From: a virus
Length of the DNA stretch: 64,000 nucleotides
Virus record (IMG/VR): IMGVR_UViG_3300035698_006802
Coordinates: 1 to 64,000 of that record
Direction: 5' to 3' (one strand)
The notes beneath the pieces are model-generated. The model had not been told where the DNA came from and made no database searches. It saw only the letters and a program-made list of their open reading frames with translations. Shown piece by piece: positions 34,988-45,785 of this stretch (positions are counted from its first letter, which is position 1; every line of letters begins with the position of its first letter). Made by a program: the position numbers and the translations under genes.

Positions 34988-37057
34988 ATGTCTTCAATCA
35001 TGCGTGAGCTGTCGATGTACCCCTCTCCCGCCGATTCTGGTGCCTACACCCCGTCCCAGGTGCCAACCCTTCCCACCAACGAGGTGGAGCAAACGCCCTT
35101 CCCGAACCTGCTGAGCCAATTTGTTTACACCCGCACATACTCCCGGTGGCTGGAGGAAGATGGTCGTCGTGAGACGTGGGCTGAGACAGTCAACCGTTAT
35201 GTGGACTTCCTGACGACCGAGCGTGAGGTTCCAGGGCACATCACGGCACAGATCCGCAGGGCTATTTTGCGTATGAAGGTACTCCCGTCCATGCGGGCTC
35301 TCTGGTCTGCCGGGGATGCCATGTTGAGGGACAACACCTGTGCGTACAATTGTGCGTTCGTGCCTCTGGATTCCCTGCGGTCCTTCGCAGAGCTGCTGTA
35401 CATCCTGATGATGGGCACTGGGATTGGTTACAGCGTCGAGAAGCAGTTCGTGAACAATCTGCCCTGTGTAGCAGAGACCAACGGTGAGGTGCTGGACTAC
35501 GTCGTCCCGGACTCGACCGTGGGGTGGGCAGATTCTCTGTACTACGGGCTGTGCCGATGGTTTGAAGGCTACCAGATTCGGTTCGATTTCAGTCTTGTGA
35601 GAGAGGCAGGTGCCCCCCTCAAGGTCAAGGGTGGGCGTGCCAGTGGTCCCGACCCTCTCCGCAGACTGTTGGAATTCTGTGAGAAGACTATCCTCGCAGC
35701 AGCAGGCAGGAAGCTTCGCCCCATCGAGGCACACGACATCGCCTGCATGATCGGTGAGATCGTCATGGCTGGTGGGGTTCGCCGTGCGGCTCTCATCTCC
35801 ATCAGTGACATCGAAGATGAGGAGATGCGTCACGCAAAGGACTGGAGCCGGGGAGAGTTCCCGACCATCCGCTACATGGCGAACAATTCAGCTTTCTACG
35901 CTGAGCGTCCTGCCCAACAAGTGTTCGAGAGTGAGTGGGATGCCCTCAAGGCGTCGATGTCTGGAGAACGGGGACTGTCGATTGACTCTTGGCATCGCAG
36001 GTCGGATAGGCCAAAAGGTCAGGTTCGACCGAATCCGTGCGGAGAGATCAGCCTGCGGTTCCTCCGGTCTACGGATGGTGTGACAGGTGAGGGCGGGTCT
36101 GGGCAATTTTGCAACCTTTCTGCAGCAATCATGCGACATGACGACACCATCGAGACCTTCTCGGAGAAGGTGCGCCTTGCTGCATGGATTGGGGCTGTCC
36201 AGTCGAGCTTCACCCACTTCCCGTACCTGAGGCCCGGATGGTCACAGACTTGCGAGGAAGACCGCCTTCTGGGCGTCGACATCACAGGGCAGTGCGACAA
36301 TCCGACACTCTCTGGTGATCCCGAGGCGATGCGACACTTCAACAAGGTCGCACTGGATGCAGCAGCCGAAGCAGCGGCATACCTCCAGATCAACATGCCA
36401 GTGGCAGTCACCTGCGGGAAGCCCAGCGGCAACAGCTCCCAGCTTGTGGACTGTGCCAGCGGATTCCACAACAGGTTCTCTCCGTACTACATCCGGCGTG
36501 TTCGCATTGCGTCTACGGATCCCCTGTTCCATCTGGTTCGTGACAGTGGCATCCCTGTCCACAAGGACAACCAGTTCACCGACTGGGCGGATGAAGATTG
36601 CCCCACCTGGGTGGTGGACTTCCCCGTCAAGGCTCCCGTGGATGCAGTGTTCCGGGGCAGTGAGACTGCTCTGGATCAGTGTGATCGGTACCTCCATGTG
36701 CTGAGCACCTGGTGTGGGCGTAGAGGGCACAACCAGTCTGCCACCATCTATGTTCATGAGCATGAGTGGGATGAGGTTGGTGCTTGGGTGTGGAAGCACT
36801 TCGATGAGATCACCGGCCTGTCCTTCCTCCCGTTCGATAACGGGGGCTATGATCTCACCCCCTATGAGGAGATCACTGAGGAGGAGTATCTCGTGTTGGA
36901 GGCAGCAATGCCCAACGTGGACTTCTCGTTGCTTGCGCTCTATGAAAAAGAGGATCGGGGGGAGGGCTCCGTAGAGCTTGCATGTTCCGGTGGCGGGTGC
37001 GAAGTCGATTATGACCGGGAGTCCTTGGAGCAGGGGAAGCTGGAGCTTCCCAGCTAG
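34988..37057 (+). CDS. nrdJ: class II (B12-dependent) ribonucleotide reductase
   Basis: RTYSRW..ETW.ET..R, LPSMR, YNC, GGVRRAA, NPCGEI, FCNL, KPSG, C-terminal ACSGGGC; start uncertain. Confidence 0.92.
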   Translation: MSSIMRELSMYPSPADSGAYTPSQVPTLPTNEVEQTPFPNLLSQFVYTRTYSRWLEEDGRRETWAETVNRYVDFLTTEREVPGHITAQIRRAILRMKVLPSMRALWSAGDAMLRDNTCAYNCAFVPLDSLRSFAELLYILMMGTGIGYSVEKQFVNNLPCVAETNGEVLDYVVPDSTVGWADSLYYGLCRWFEGYQIRFDFSLVREAGAPLKVKGGRASGPDPLRRLLEFCEKTILAAAGRKLRPIEAHDIACMIGEIVMAGGVRRAALISISDIEDEEMRHAKDWSRGEFPTIRYMANNSAFYAERPAQQVFESEWDALKASMSGERGLSIDSWHRRSDRPKGQVRPNPCGEISLRFLRSTDGVTGEGGSGQFCNLSAAIMRHDDTIETFSEKVRLAAWIGAVQSSFTHFPYLRPGWSQTCEEDRLLGVDITGQCDNPTLSGDPEAMRHFNKVALDAAAEAAAYLQINMPVAVTCGKPSGNSSQLVDCASGFHNRFSPYYIRRVRIASTDPLFHLVRDSGIPVHKDNQFTDWADEDCPTWVVDFPVKAPVDAVFRGSETALDQCDRYLHVLSTWCGRRGHNQSATIYVHEHEWDEVGAWVWKHFDEITGLSFLPFDNGGYDLTPYEEITEEEYLVLEAAMPNVDFSLLALYEKEDRGEGSVELACSGGGCEVDYDRESLEQGKLELPS

Positions 37058-37488
37058 ACGGCCCGCAGGATGTTGTGGGGGTTGGCATAGACACCCCTCG
37101 GGAAATCCGGGATGTCGGTGATGGTGACGCGCTTCTGGTTGATGCGCGTCACGCGCCCCTGGTACGAACTGCCTCGGAAGGTGAACTCGACGGTGTCCCC
37201 AGACCGGATGCCCTTGGCAGCGAGGATCTCGCGGGGGCTCTGCAGGAAGCCGCCTGTCAGGGGGCGCTGTTGGACCACGGGGGTTGTGGAATCCGCGGGG
37301 CGGCACAGGGTAGGGGGGACGACCCACATAGTGCCCACGGGATGGGCCTTCATGGTGCCACGGGCTTCCAGCTGCTTCACCTTCAGCTTCACCCTGTTGA
37401 CCTTCATGACCTCACCGAGGGTCTGTTCGCCGCGACCCTTACCAAAAAGAACCCTCTGACCGACATGGAAATCACTGATTGTGTGCAC
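37054..37488 (-). CDS. hypothetical protein with two SH3/KOW-like repeats
   Basis: Two G..V.F...G.V.(K/R)(V/I)N units. Confidence 0.7.
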   Translation of the reverse strand: MHTISDFHVGQRVLFGKGRGEQTLGEVMKVNRVKLKVKQLEARGTMKAHPVGTMWVVPPTLCRPADSTTPVVQQRPLTGGFLQSPREILAAKGIRSGDTVEFTFRGSSYQGRVTRINQKRVTITDIPDFPRGVYANPHNILRAV

Positions 37489-37509
37489 TGTGTGCTCCTT
37501 TGTTCACCT

Positions 37510-37539
37510 CTACTACGCGGAACTCAGGAAGTTGAAACC
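37510..37539 (-). promoter_or_regulatory. class I promoter motif
   Basis: Exact consensus match. Confidence 0.8.
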
Positions 37540-37685
37540 TCTTGTGGGATTTTTCTTGGCGGGGGTTCTTATCAGTAGAAAGGTGGTAGTTGGGGGTATG
37601 CAAGACTCCACAACTTGTCAGCCGGAAGACTGGTGTTCTTCCTACCGAGGCAACCTCTGTGGGAGTTTGAGGGGAGATCTGCGAA

Positions 37686-40145
37686 ATGGCTGAATATCAC
37701 TCAGGCCGCGTCAACGTGGTGGTGTTTTCTAATGAGGCCCAGGATTTCTATGTCCTCCGCATGGTGTTGGATAGGAAATCCGGTGTTGAGGAGATGTTCG
37801 GATTCGACTCAAACCGATCTTCCAAGATTGTGTCGGTTCGGGGGAATGTCCCTGGCATGTCTCTGCAGATTGGTTCATGGTTCGGATTTGAGGGCCGCTG
37901 GGAAGAGCACAGCAAGTACGGCAGCCAGCTCGTGATCACGAAGGCCCCTGTGGTGAAAGGGGGTTGGACACCTGATACAGCCATGTCGACTCTGGCATCC
38001 CACGGTGTGGGGGAGCAGGTGTGCCAACGCCTGCTGGCAGAGTTTGGTGACAAGCTCGTGGACGTTCTGGATGCAGGAGACCCCCTTCCACTTCAGGTCG
38101 TCCCAGGGCTCACACCCTTTGCGGCTGCCCACGTCATGGATCGCTGGGCAACCATCATTGCGTACTTCAAGACCTTGGAGTTCCTGTCGGATGCAGGTGT
38201 GCCGAAGACAAAGGTCAGTCAGGTGTGGTCGCATTTCAAGGAGGATGCACAGGAGGTTCTGTCCAAGAATCCCTGGGCTCTCGTTGAGATCGAGGGCATC
38301 CGATTCGATCAGGCAGATGAGGTTGCACTAAAGCTCGGTCTTGATCTGGAGAGTCCACTCCGGGTGGAAGGGGCAACCCTCTTTGCATCCAAGGGCAGGA
38401 GGGGGATGGGACACCTGTTCCTGTCGTCTGGGGAGATGGTAGCCGAGACACAGAATCTTGTGCCCGGTACGAGTGGTCCGGAAATCGCCCAGGCCCTTGT
38501 GACATTGCACAAGAGAAAGAAGCTCATCATCGACAGGAGCACTCGGAAGGGGACAGTTGCAATCTATGAGCCCTGGCTCCATCACGTTGAGCTGGAGGGT
38601 GCTGCCCTCTTGCATGAGCGGACACAGTCTGCGGATCCTGATGCACCGGCCCCAGTGAGAGCACCCGTGGGTGACAGTGATGGGCTGGCTAACTACCTGA
38701 GGGATATCTCGGTCAAACCCTACACCGAGAGCCTGTCAAGGCTGGGTCCGAAGGCAACTGCTGCATTCGAGAAGGATCCCAAGGATCTGGAGAGCATTGC
38801 TCGTGCAGCACTGGTGGATTGGAGTGAAGGCAGTCGCATCACCCTGACAGCAGCCCAACTCAAGGGTGCTCTCAACGCCCTGACCACTGCTGTGAGCATC
38901 CTTACCGGACTTCCGGGCACGGGTAAGACCACAAGCTGTCGAGCCGTTGTGGGCGTTCTGAAGGATGCAGGCATCCCCTTTTTGCTCTGTGCTCCGACAG
39001 GGATTGCTGCAAAACGCCTATCAGCTCTGGCAGGGGCCCCGGCTTCCACCATCCACAGGGCATTCAAGGCGAAAGGGTGGGGCAGCGGGGAGGAGCGCAA
39101 GGCAACCTATGCTGGAGTGGTGGGTGAATCGAAGGACCCATCAGCTGCGGACGGTCTACAGGAGGCATGGGGCTACAGCCAGGACAACCCACACCCTGCA
39201 CGGGTCGTTCTGGTGGATGAGTCCTCGATGGTGGATCAGCACCTGCTGTTCCGTATCCTGACCTGCACGTCCCCTGGAACCCGATTGGTGTTCGTGGGGG
39301 ATGCAGCACAGCTCCCCTCGGTGGGTCCTGGGAATGTCCTGCGGGATATGGTGCGGTCGAAGCTGTTCCCCACCGTGGCTCTGACAGAGATCTTCAGGCA
39401 GGAGGAAACCTCTGGCATCGTGCTGGCTGCACATGCCATTCATCGTGGGGACATCCCAACCTACGGTTCTGGCAAGGGCTCTGACTTTGTGTTCCTGCCC
39501 TCTGCATCTGAGGACGGGATTCTCAAGCTCATCCTGGGGCTTGTCGGGAAGCTGTACGCAAAGAAGGTGAACTTCCAGGTGCTGTCTCCACGACATGCAG
39601 GAACACTTGGTGTGACGAATCTGAACCAGAGGCTTCGTGAAATCCTCAACCCAAAGGCCCCTGGTCTACAGGAAATGCGGTTGGGTCGTGAAGTGGTGCG
39701 TGAACATGACCGGGTCATGGTCGTGAAAAACGATTACAAGTTGGGCGTCTACAATGGGGATACCGGCAAGGTGATTCGCATTGATCGAAAGGCCCGCACG
39801 GTTGTGGTCAAGCTCCACGGGGTTCCCGAGGTACAAGTTTCGATTCCATTCAAGGATGCACCGAAGTACCTCCGGTTGGCGTATGCCATCACGATTCACA
39901 AGAGCCAGGGATCCGAGTACGGCATGATCATCCTCCCCTTGGTAAAGGAGTTTGGGGGTCAGCTTCAAAGGAACCTATTCTACACAGCGATCACACGGGC
40001 AAAGGATCGCGTCGTCCTAATGGGACACCGGGACGCCATGGTGAAAGCGGTGTTCAACAACAGGGAGGACGTGAGAAACACGTTGTTCCCAGAACGGCTT
40101 ATCCAAGCTGCAGGTGGGGGGTCTTCTCCCAGTGCTGTGGGGTAG
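37686..40145 (+). CDS. recD2: RecD2-like SF1B helicase
   Basis: HSKYGSQ N-domain, HhH, TGLPGTGKT, APTGIAA, DESSMVD, GD..QLPSV, YAITIHKSQGSE, YTAITRAK. Confidence 0.95.
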   Translation: MAEYHSGRVNVVVFSNEAQDFYVLRMVLDRKSGVEEMFGFDSNRSSKIVSVRGNVPGMSLQIGSWFGFEGRWEEHSKYGSQLVITKAPVVKGGWTPDTAMSTLASHGVGEQVCQRLLAEFGDKLVDVLDAGDPLPLQVVPGLTPFAAAHVMDRWATIIAYFKTLEFLSDAGVPKTKVSQVWSHFKEDAQEVLSKNPWALVEIEGIRFDQADEVALKLGLDLESPLRVEGATLFASKGRRGMGHLFLSSGEMVAETQNLVPGTSGPEIAQALVTLHKRKKLIIDRSTRKGTVAIYEPWLHHVELEGAALLHERTQSADPDAPAPVRAPVGDSDGLANYLRDISVKPYTESLSRLGPKATAAFEKDPKDLESIARAALVDWSEGSRITLTAAQLKGALNALTTAVSILTGLPGTGKTTSCRAVVGVLKDAGIPFLLCAPTGIAAKRLSALAGAPASTIHRAFKAKGWGSGEERKATYAGVVGESKDPSAADGLQEAWGYSQDNPHPARVVLVDESSMVDQHLLFRILTCTSPGTRLVFVGDAAQLPSVGPGNVLRDMVRSKLFPTVALTEIFRQEETSGIVLAAHAIHRGDIPTYGSGKGSDFVFLPSASEDGILKLILGLVGKLYAKKVNFQVLSPRHAGTLGVTNLNQRLREILNPKAPGLQEMRLGREVVREHDRVMVVKNDYKLGVYNGDTGKVIRIDRKARTVVVKLHGVPEVQVSIPFKDAPKYLRLAYAITIHKSQGSEYGMIILPLVKEFGGQLQRNLFYTAITRAKDRVVLMGHRDAMVKAVFNNREDVRNTLFPERLIQAAGGGSSPSAVG

Positions 40146-40151
40146 GTTGGT

Positions 40152-41768
40152 ATGAATTCGGGGGTTGGTGTGGTCGAGCTGCCTATTGTCAATCAGGATC
40201 TGTTTCGTTCGATCTTCAAGCGGTTGGAGGGTATGGAGGTTCTTCTCGATGCAGATCCTCTCGTGTTTGGCCCTAAGCGGCTGAACCTGAAGGTCAGCCA
40301 GGTGCGGAGTCTGTTGAGCCAGTGTGAGCGGATCTTCCTGCAGGTGGCGAGTGATCTGCATGAGTACAAACATGCTCATCGCAAGGGTCAGCTGACATTT
40401 GACCTGGAGATGCAAGACCTCCTGGCAAACGACCCCGAGGTGCGTGCTGGTCGCAATGTGAAGGACCGTGATGCCCTGGGCACGATGAAGCTGCGGGCGG
40501 GTCGTGAAGCACTGATGACATTGGAGATTGCCATTCAAGATCTTGAGATGGTCCAGACCGTCATCAAGGCGAAGCGGGCTGATCTCCGCGACATGCAGGG
40601 GCGTCTACGGGACCAGCTCAAGCTCTGTGAACATGAGATCGGTCTGGGTGCTCCGTGGGGTTCACGTGCTCCTCCAGGGGTGGAGTATCCGGACATCGAC
40701 AATGCTCCTCGGATTGACCCCCAGGCGTTGAAGGAAGCACAAGACCTCCTTCTTGAGAAGGAGGAGGTGCACCTAGTCGCCGGGGATGTGGACTGGATGG
40801 AGGAATCCCCCCTAGAATCACTGGAGAAGGTCGGGTACTGCGCAGTCTGTGGGGAAGAGCAGTACAACACCCCCTCGGGTTCGACCTGCAAAAACGGGCA
40901 TGGTGGGGCACTCACCCTGTCCGAATTCCCTGGAGGAGACGAAGAACCAGAACCCGATGAAGACACAGATGAAGTGGATGTCGCTCTTGGCTCAATCGAT
41001 TCCCCAGAGGGTATCGAGGGCTCTGCATCCCGTGGACGTGTGAGCGAACCCGAATCAGAGCCCGAACCCGAACCCGAACCCGAATCAGAGCCCGAACCCG
41101 AACCCGAACCCGAACCCGAACTGAATGGCACCGAAGAATTGGATTCCCTGTTCGACGCTCTGGGTGCATCGGATCCGGATCCCGAACCGGATCCCGAACC
41201 GGATCCCGAACCGGATCCCGAACCGGATCCCGAACCGGATCCCGAACCGGATCCCGAACCGGATCCCGAACCCGAGCCAGAGACTGTTGACCCGTCTGAC
41301 ATCTCAATTGACGACCTGCTTGAGACGTTCGGAGGTCCCGACCCCGACCCCACACCCAAGAGAGAGATCGAGGACCTGGGTGATGTCGAGCTAGAGCCAG
41401 AAGTTGCCACCCGTGTGGAGGCGACCATTGAGCAGGCTGAGGCAGACATCGCAGAACCTGAACCAACCCCGGAACCTGAACCGGAACCAACCCCGGAACC
41501 CGAACCGGAGCCCACTCCTGAGCCAGAACCCGAACCAGAACCCGAGTTGGACATTGGGGACCTGTTCGAGGATAGTGAGTTGGGTGAAGTTGATCAGGAT
41601 GCAGACTCGATCGACGCAATGCCTGCAGTGACATCGGACGAAGAAGTAGATGACATCTTCGCCCGGTTGGATGCAGGTCCCCTTCCCAAACCTAAGGCAA
41701 AGTCCCTTCCGGAAGCAGAGCTTAGAGGGGAAGACCTAGAGGACATCTTTAATTTCTTGGCCTCCTGA
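40152..41768 (+). CDS. coiled-coil protein with long Glu/Asp-Pro repeat tail
   Basis: Helical N-domain, C-x2-C...C...H motif, (EP)n and (DPEP)n. Confidence 0.75.
   Translation: MNSGVGVVELPIVNQDLFRSIFKRLEGMEVLLDADPLVFGPKRLNLKVSQVRSLLSQCERIFLQVASDLHEYKHAHRKGQLTFDLEMQDLLANDPEVRAGRNVKDRDALGTMKLRAGREALMTLEIAIQDLEMVQTVIKAKRADLRDMQGRLRDQLKLCEHEIGLGAPWGSRAPPGVEYPDIDNAPRIDPQALKEAQDLLLEKEEVHLVAGDVDWMEESPLESLEKVGYCAVCGEEQYNTPSGSTCKNGHGGALTLSEFPGGDEEPEPDEDTDEVDVALGSIDSPEGIEGSASRGRVSEPESEPEPEPEPESEPEPEPEPEPELNGTEELDSLFDALGASDPDPEPDPEPDPEPDPEPDPEPDPEPDPEPDPEPEPETVDPSDISIDDLLETFGGPDPDPTPKREIEDLGDVELEPEVATRVEATIEQAEADIAEPEPTPEPEPEPTPEPEPEPTPEPEPEPEPELDIGDLFEDSELGEVDQDADSIDAMPAVTSDEEVDDIFARLDAGPLPKPKAKSLPEAELRGEDLEDIFNFLAS
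41046..41545 (+). repeat. coding tandem repeats (GAACCC)n and (CCGGATCCCGAA)n
   Basis: In-frame 6- and 12-nt units. Confidence 0.9.
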
Positions 41769-41861
41769 TTCTGGGGGGTTCGTTTGTGAAACCTGGGGGT
41801 ACGTCCCCATAGCGGCACCTGTCGACATCCACATGACTTTTTGTGCCGCTCGGAGAATGCG

Positions 41862-42575
41862 ATGAGTAACGATGGCTACATGGAGTTTGGCTTTGACTCC
41901 GGTGACGAGAACATTGGCAAGAAGGCAAAGCGTTTCAAGGGCAAGGAGGGTGAGACCTACCGCACCAGCTTCGTCTGGACCCGGAAGAACAAGGACGGCG
42001 ACAAGGTTGTCCGGTTCCTCGGGTGCGAGCGCAACTACCTCGCGGGTGTGGGCTACTTCCTGAACAAGGGTGCCGAGTACAGCCGTCTGGCTGGACAGCC
42101 CGCCAAGCAGGCTGTGTCAACCATCATCGTCTCCTGGCCGATGAACTCCCGTGGAAGGCTCGATGCAGAGCGCTTCAAGAAGGGAGAGGGTTGGGAAGTG
42201 ATGCCCTGGGTCTTCTCCGCAACGCGGTACGACCAGCTTCGCCGTCGCAACGATCAGTTCCCCCTGACCGAGTTCGACCTGTCCATCAAGTGCGAAGACA
42301 CGCAGTACCAGAAGATGGATCTCTCCGCCTGCAAGGAGAGCCTGTTCCTGCGCCTCCGCAAGTCGGAGAAGGACAACATTCGTGCCATGGTCGATGCCAT
42401 CAATCTGGAAGTCGAGGAGCTGGCCAAGACGCTTCAGAATGACATGGCCCGTGACATGACTCTCGATCAGATTCGTGAGAAGATGGGCGGTGCTGGTGGC
42501 AGTCCCGTGACTTCGTCCGGGTCGGTGGAAGACGTAGACGGTCTCCTCGATGATCTGCTTGAGGATGAGGACTAG
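41862..42575 (+). CDS. putative single-stranded DNA-binding protein
   Basis: Position before RuvC/RecA; strong codon bias; acidic C-terminal tail DVDGLLDDLLEDED. Confidence 0.55.
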   Translation: MSNDGYMEFGFDSGDENIGKKAKRFKGKEGETYRTSFVWTRKNKDGDKVVRFLGCERNYLAGVGYFLNKGAEYSRLAGQPAKQAVSTIIVSWPMNSRGRLDAERFKKGEGWEVMPWVFSATRYDQLRRRNDQFPLTEFDLSIKCEDTQYQKMDLSACKESLFLRLRKSEKDNIRAMVDAINLEVEELAKTLQNDMARDMTLDQIREKMGGAGGSPVTSSGSVEDVDGLLDDLLEDED

Positions 42576-42600
42576 ACATCCCCAGTGACGGGGGTGGTTA

Positions 42601-43236
42601 GTGAGAGTTTTGGGCCTCGATCCCAGCCTGACGAATTTCGGTTGGGCAGTTCATGACACCGATGCGACGGGAAGGGACCGTTGCCCCGCAAGGGGCAGAT
42701 ACCAGACCGCCGCAAAGATGGGCTTTGTAGACCGGTACGTCTACATGCGGGAGTCTCTACGAGAGACCATCCGTGAGACAAAACCGGACTGCATGGGGAT
42801 CGAGTTCCCTGTGTTCGGGAACAACTACTCAGAAGGTATGTACGGGCTGTTCCTGTACAGCTGTGAGGCAATCAAGTTGGAGAGGCAGAACGTTGTGTTC
42901 TGGTCCCCTCTCCAAGTAAAAGCCCACGCCAGAGACACCCTGACCCTTCCTCCAGGGTGGAAGATGGCAAAGACCAATATGGTGGATGCAGCCAAGGCAG
43001 ACACCGGTGGCACAGGTAGGTGGAACCACAACGAGGCAGACGCCTACCTTGTCGCCCGACTAGCAGCACGTTTCTGGCTCCTGCACGGGGATGCCATTCG
43101 AGAGCGGGACTTGACCCCCACAGAGCGCAAGGCTTTCCTGAAAATCCATAGGTACATCCGTGGAAAGAAGGCAGGGAGGGTTGTGAAGCAGGGGTCCATG
43201 TACCGCGAAAATGACCGTTTTTTCCTTTGGAAGTGA
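42601..43236 (+). CDS. ruvC: RuvC-like Holliday junction resolvase
   Basis: VLGLDPSLTNFGWAV, GIE, NEADA. Confidence 0.85.
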   Translation: MRVLGLDPSLTNFGWAVHDTDATGRDRCPARGRYQTAAKMGFVDRYVYMRESLRETIRETKPDCMGIEFPVFGNNYSEGMYGLFLYSCEAIKLERQNVVFWSPLQVKAHARDTLTLPPGWKMAKTNMVDAAKADTGGTGRWNHNEADAYLVARLAARFWLLHGDAIRERDLTPTERKAFLKIHRYIRGKKAGRVVKQGSMYRENDRFFLWK

Positions 43237-43241
43237 GACCT

Positions 43242-44540
43242 ATGCCCAGAAAGAAGACACCCGCAGCAACAGCCTCAGTCAGAAAGAAGACAGCCGGGAA
43301 GAAGGATTCAAAGGCTGATGCCCTCCGCAAAGCGAGGATGAAGCTGTTCCTCACGTCGGGTGAGAAGGCATTGGGTAAGTCCTCACGAGAGTGGCAGGTC
43401 CTCCTGGATCCGGATCAGCTCAAGGAATCGCTGCCCCACATCCCCACAGGCTCCCTGGTCATCGACTACCTCATTGGCGGTGAGCCCAACATGCATGGTG
43501 TGCCTCCGTGCCCTGGTCTCCCAAGGGGTCGTGTATCCCAGGTCTGGGGGCATGAGAGTGCAGGCAAGACGACTCTTGCCCTGACGGCAGCAGCTACGGT
43601 CTGCAAGCGGAATGGTTCTGTTCTCTACATCGACTGGGAGAACGACATTGTCCCTGACTATGCAGAGGCACTGGGTGTGCCCGTCTCTGATCCCGAGCGG
43701 TTCATCCTGGCACAGCCTGACACCCTGGAAGATGGGCTCAAGCTGGCTATGGTGGCTGCCGCCGCCGGTCTTGACCTGATCGTGTTCGACTCTGTAGGTG
43801 CAGCAGTGACTGCCCGCATTGCGACCCGAGGCATGGAGGAAGTGGGTGAGCAGTCGAAGGTGGGCGATCTGCAGGCAGTGTGGTCACAGGAGCTGCCCAA
43901 CCTGAAAGGCAAGATCGCCAAGAGCGGTACACACGTCATGGGCATCTCCCAGATCCGAGCCAAGATCAGCACAGGTGGTGGTGGTCATGGCCCCAAGACG
44001 CAGCCCCAGGGTGGCAATGCCTGGAAGTTCTACTCCTCGGTGCGCCTGGAGCTTCGCAGGATCAAGATGGAGAAGAGCAAGGAGTACAACACCCTGAAGC
44101 ACCGGTCAGATGACCGTGTCACTGGTGGAATCATCAACTGCAAGGTGGTCAAGTGCAAGCTCTCCAAGAGCCAGGGTCGTGAGGAGACGTTCTACATTCG
44201 ATGGGGAGAGGGGATCGATGACATCCGCTCTGTCATGGAGATCGGAAAGGCACATGGTGTCATCAAAAAGAGTGGTGCATGGCTTCAGTGGGAGGGTCCC
44301 GGTGGTCTGTCGCTCAACCAGAATGGCACCAATTCTGCCCGCAAGTACCTGAAGGAGAACAAGGAAGTGTTCCAGGCGCTCTACAACGCAGTAATCCCGT
44401 TCCTCGGAAGCCGTCAGGTGGCTGAGGAGGAGCTGGAAGACCTTGAGGGGCTCGTGGAGATGCTTGCATCGGAGGCAGACGAGTTGCAGGACGGCCCTGA
44501 CCTGTCTGAAGTGGAAGTGGAAGTGGAAGTGAAGGCCTAG
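43242..44540 (+). CDS. recA: RecA-family recombinase
   Basis: IPTGSL.ID, GLPRGR, GHESAGKTT, VFDSV, SQIR.KI, GGNAWKFYSSVRL. Confidence 0.95.
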   Translation: MPRKKTPAATASVRKKTAGKKDSKADALRKARMKLFLTSGEKALGKSSREWQVLLDPDQLKESLPHIPTGSLVIDYLIGGEPNMHGVPPCPGLPRGRVSQVWGHESAGKTTLALTAAATVCKRNGSVLYIDWENDIVPDYAEALGVPVSDPERFILAQPDTLEDGLKLAMVAAAAGLDLIVFDSVGAAVTARIATRGMEEVGEQSKVGDLQAVWSQELPNLKGKIAKSGTHVMGISQIRAKISTGGGGHGPKTQPQGGNAWKFYSSVRLELRRIKMEKSKEYNTLKHRSDDRVTGGIINCKVVKCKLSKSQGREETFYIRWGEGIDDIRSVMEIGKAHGVIKKSGAWLQWEGPGGLSLNQNGTNSARKYLKENKEVFQALYNAVIPFLGSRQVAEEELEDLEGLVEMLASEADELQDGPDLSEVEVEVEVKA

Positions 44541-44549
44541 GGGGCAGAG

Positions 44550-45785
44550 ATGGCGATCACCGTTCGAGTCCAGAATTTCCAGTCAGTTGTGGATGCCACC
44601 ATCGTGATCGATGGCTTCACGGTGATGACAGGGGGGAACAACAGCGGCAAGACCGCCCTGATGCGAGCCATCCAGGGGGTCTTCACCAACGCTGCTGCAG
44701 GCCCTCTGGTTCGCCATGGGTGTGCCCACCTGACTGTGACCATTGACTTCGGAGATGGGAACGTCGTTAAGTGGGAGAAGGGTTGGAACAAGCCTGGGAA
44801 GAAGGGGGGCACCATCAATGCCTACACCCTCAACGGCAAGCTTCTTGAGAATGTGGGGGCAAAGTGTCCCCCCGAGGTGCTCAGTCTTGGTGTCGAACCC
44901 ATCAGGGCTGGATCGTCCACTATGTGGCCCCAGGTGGCAGACCAATTCAAGGGTGTGTTGTTCCTCATAGGTTCTGCCGGTTCCGCAACTGCTGAAGCCA
45001 TCGCAGATGTCAAGCGTGTGGGCAAGCTGTCAGGTGCCCTGAAGATCGCAGAAACGGACAAGCGGGCTGTGGTTTCTACGTTGAAGGTTCGTCGCAAGGA
45101 CGAGGAATCCCTGGAGAAAGAGCTGGGGAGCTACGAGGGTCTTGACGATGTGGGGATCCTTGCAGACCGCACTGAAGCTGCCCTCAAGGGTGCCCGTGTA
45201 GCAGCCGTGGGGGTGGTCTCTGCCAGTGCCCTGAGGGACCAGCACACCACCTTCACCAGTCTGATTGGGGGGCTTTCTGGCATTGCAGATGTGGAAGTTC
45301 CGGGATCGGGCAGGGTGGCAACCTGTGTCACACAGAAGGGGAGCTTGAGAACAGCTCGCCGTCTGCAGAAGGACTACAACCTAAAGTCCTCAATCGTGGA
45401 GAATCTGTCGGGTATCTCTGATGTCCCTGTGCCCGCTGCATCTAAGGTGGTGGAAGCACAGGAGGCACGGGTATCGGAAAGGGAAGCTCTGGGTCTTCGC
45501 AAGAGGGTCGCTGCTTGCCAGTCATCGTTGACTGCCGCAGAGGCGGCAGCTGATGTGGCTTCCACGCTGAGTTTGTCCAGCACGTCCAAGGCATCCAAGA
45601 CAAAGAGGCTGTTGTCCTCCTTGGGGGATCTCAGGGATCGGATGGTCAAGGCTTCAAGGCTGGTTGGAGGCCTTGAAGGCAAGCTGGGCAAGGCAAAAGA
45701 GGCTCTGGAAAGCTCCCGGGTTTCTGTGAAGGAGATTCTAGGGGATATGGGCGAGTGTCCAACCTGTGGGACGGTGACAACATGA
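44550..45785 (+). CDS. SbcC/Rad50-like ATPase, N-terminal half ending at the Zn hook
   Basis: VQNFQS, GGNNSGKT, Q-loop, coiled coil, terminal CPTCG; no Walker B. Confidence 0.85.
   Translation: MAITVRVQNFQSVVDATIVIDGFTVMTGGNNSGKTALMRAIQGVFTNAAAGPLVRHGCAHLTVTIDFGDGNVVKWEKGWNKPGKKGGTINAYTLNGKLLENVGAKCPPEVLSLGVEPIRAGSSTMWPQVADQFKGVLFLIGSAGSATAEAIADVKRVGKLSGALKIAETDKRAVVSTLKVRRKDEESLEKELGSYEGLDDVGILADRTEAALKGARVAAVGVVSASALRDQHTTFTSLIGGLSGIADVEVPGSGRVATCVTQKGSLRTARRLQKDYNLKSSIVENLSGISDVPVPAASKVVEAQEARVSEREALGLRKRVAACQSSLTAAEAAADVASTLSLSSTSKASKTKRLLSSLGDLRDRMVKASRLVGGLEGKLGKAKEALESSRVSVKEILGDMGECPTCGTVTT

Noticed and set aside
41046-41545. Tandem repeats as a CRISPR array
   Set aside because: 6- and 12-nt units with no unique spacers; in frame and encoding EP/DP
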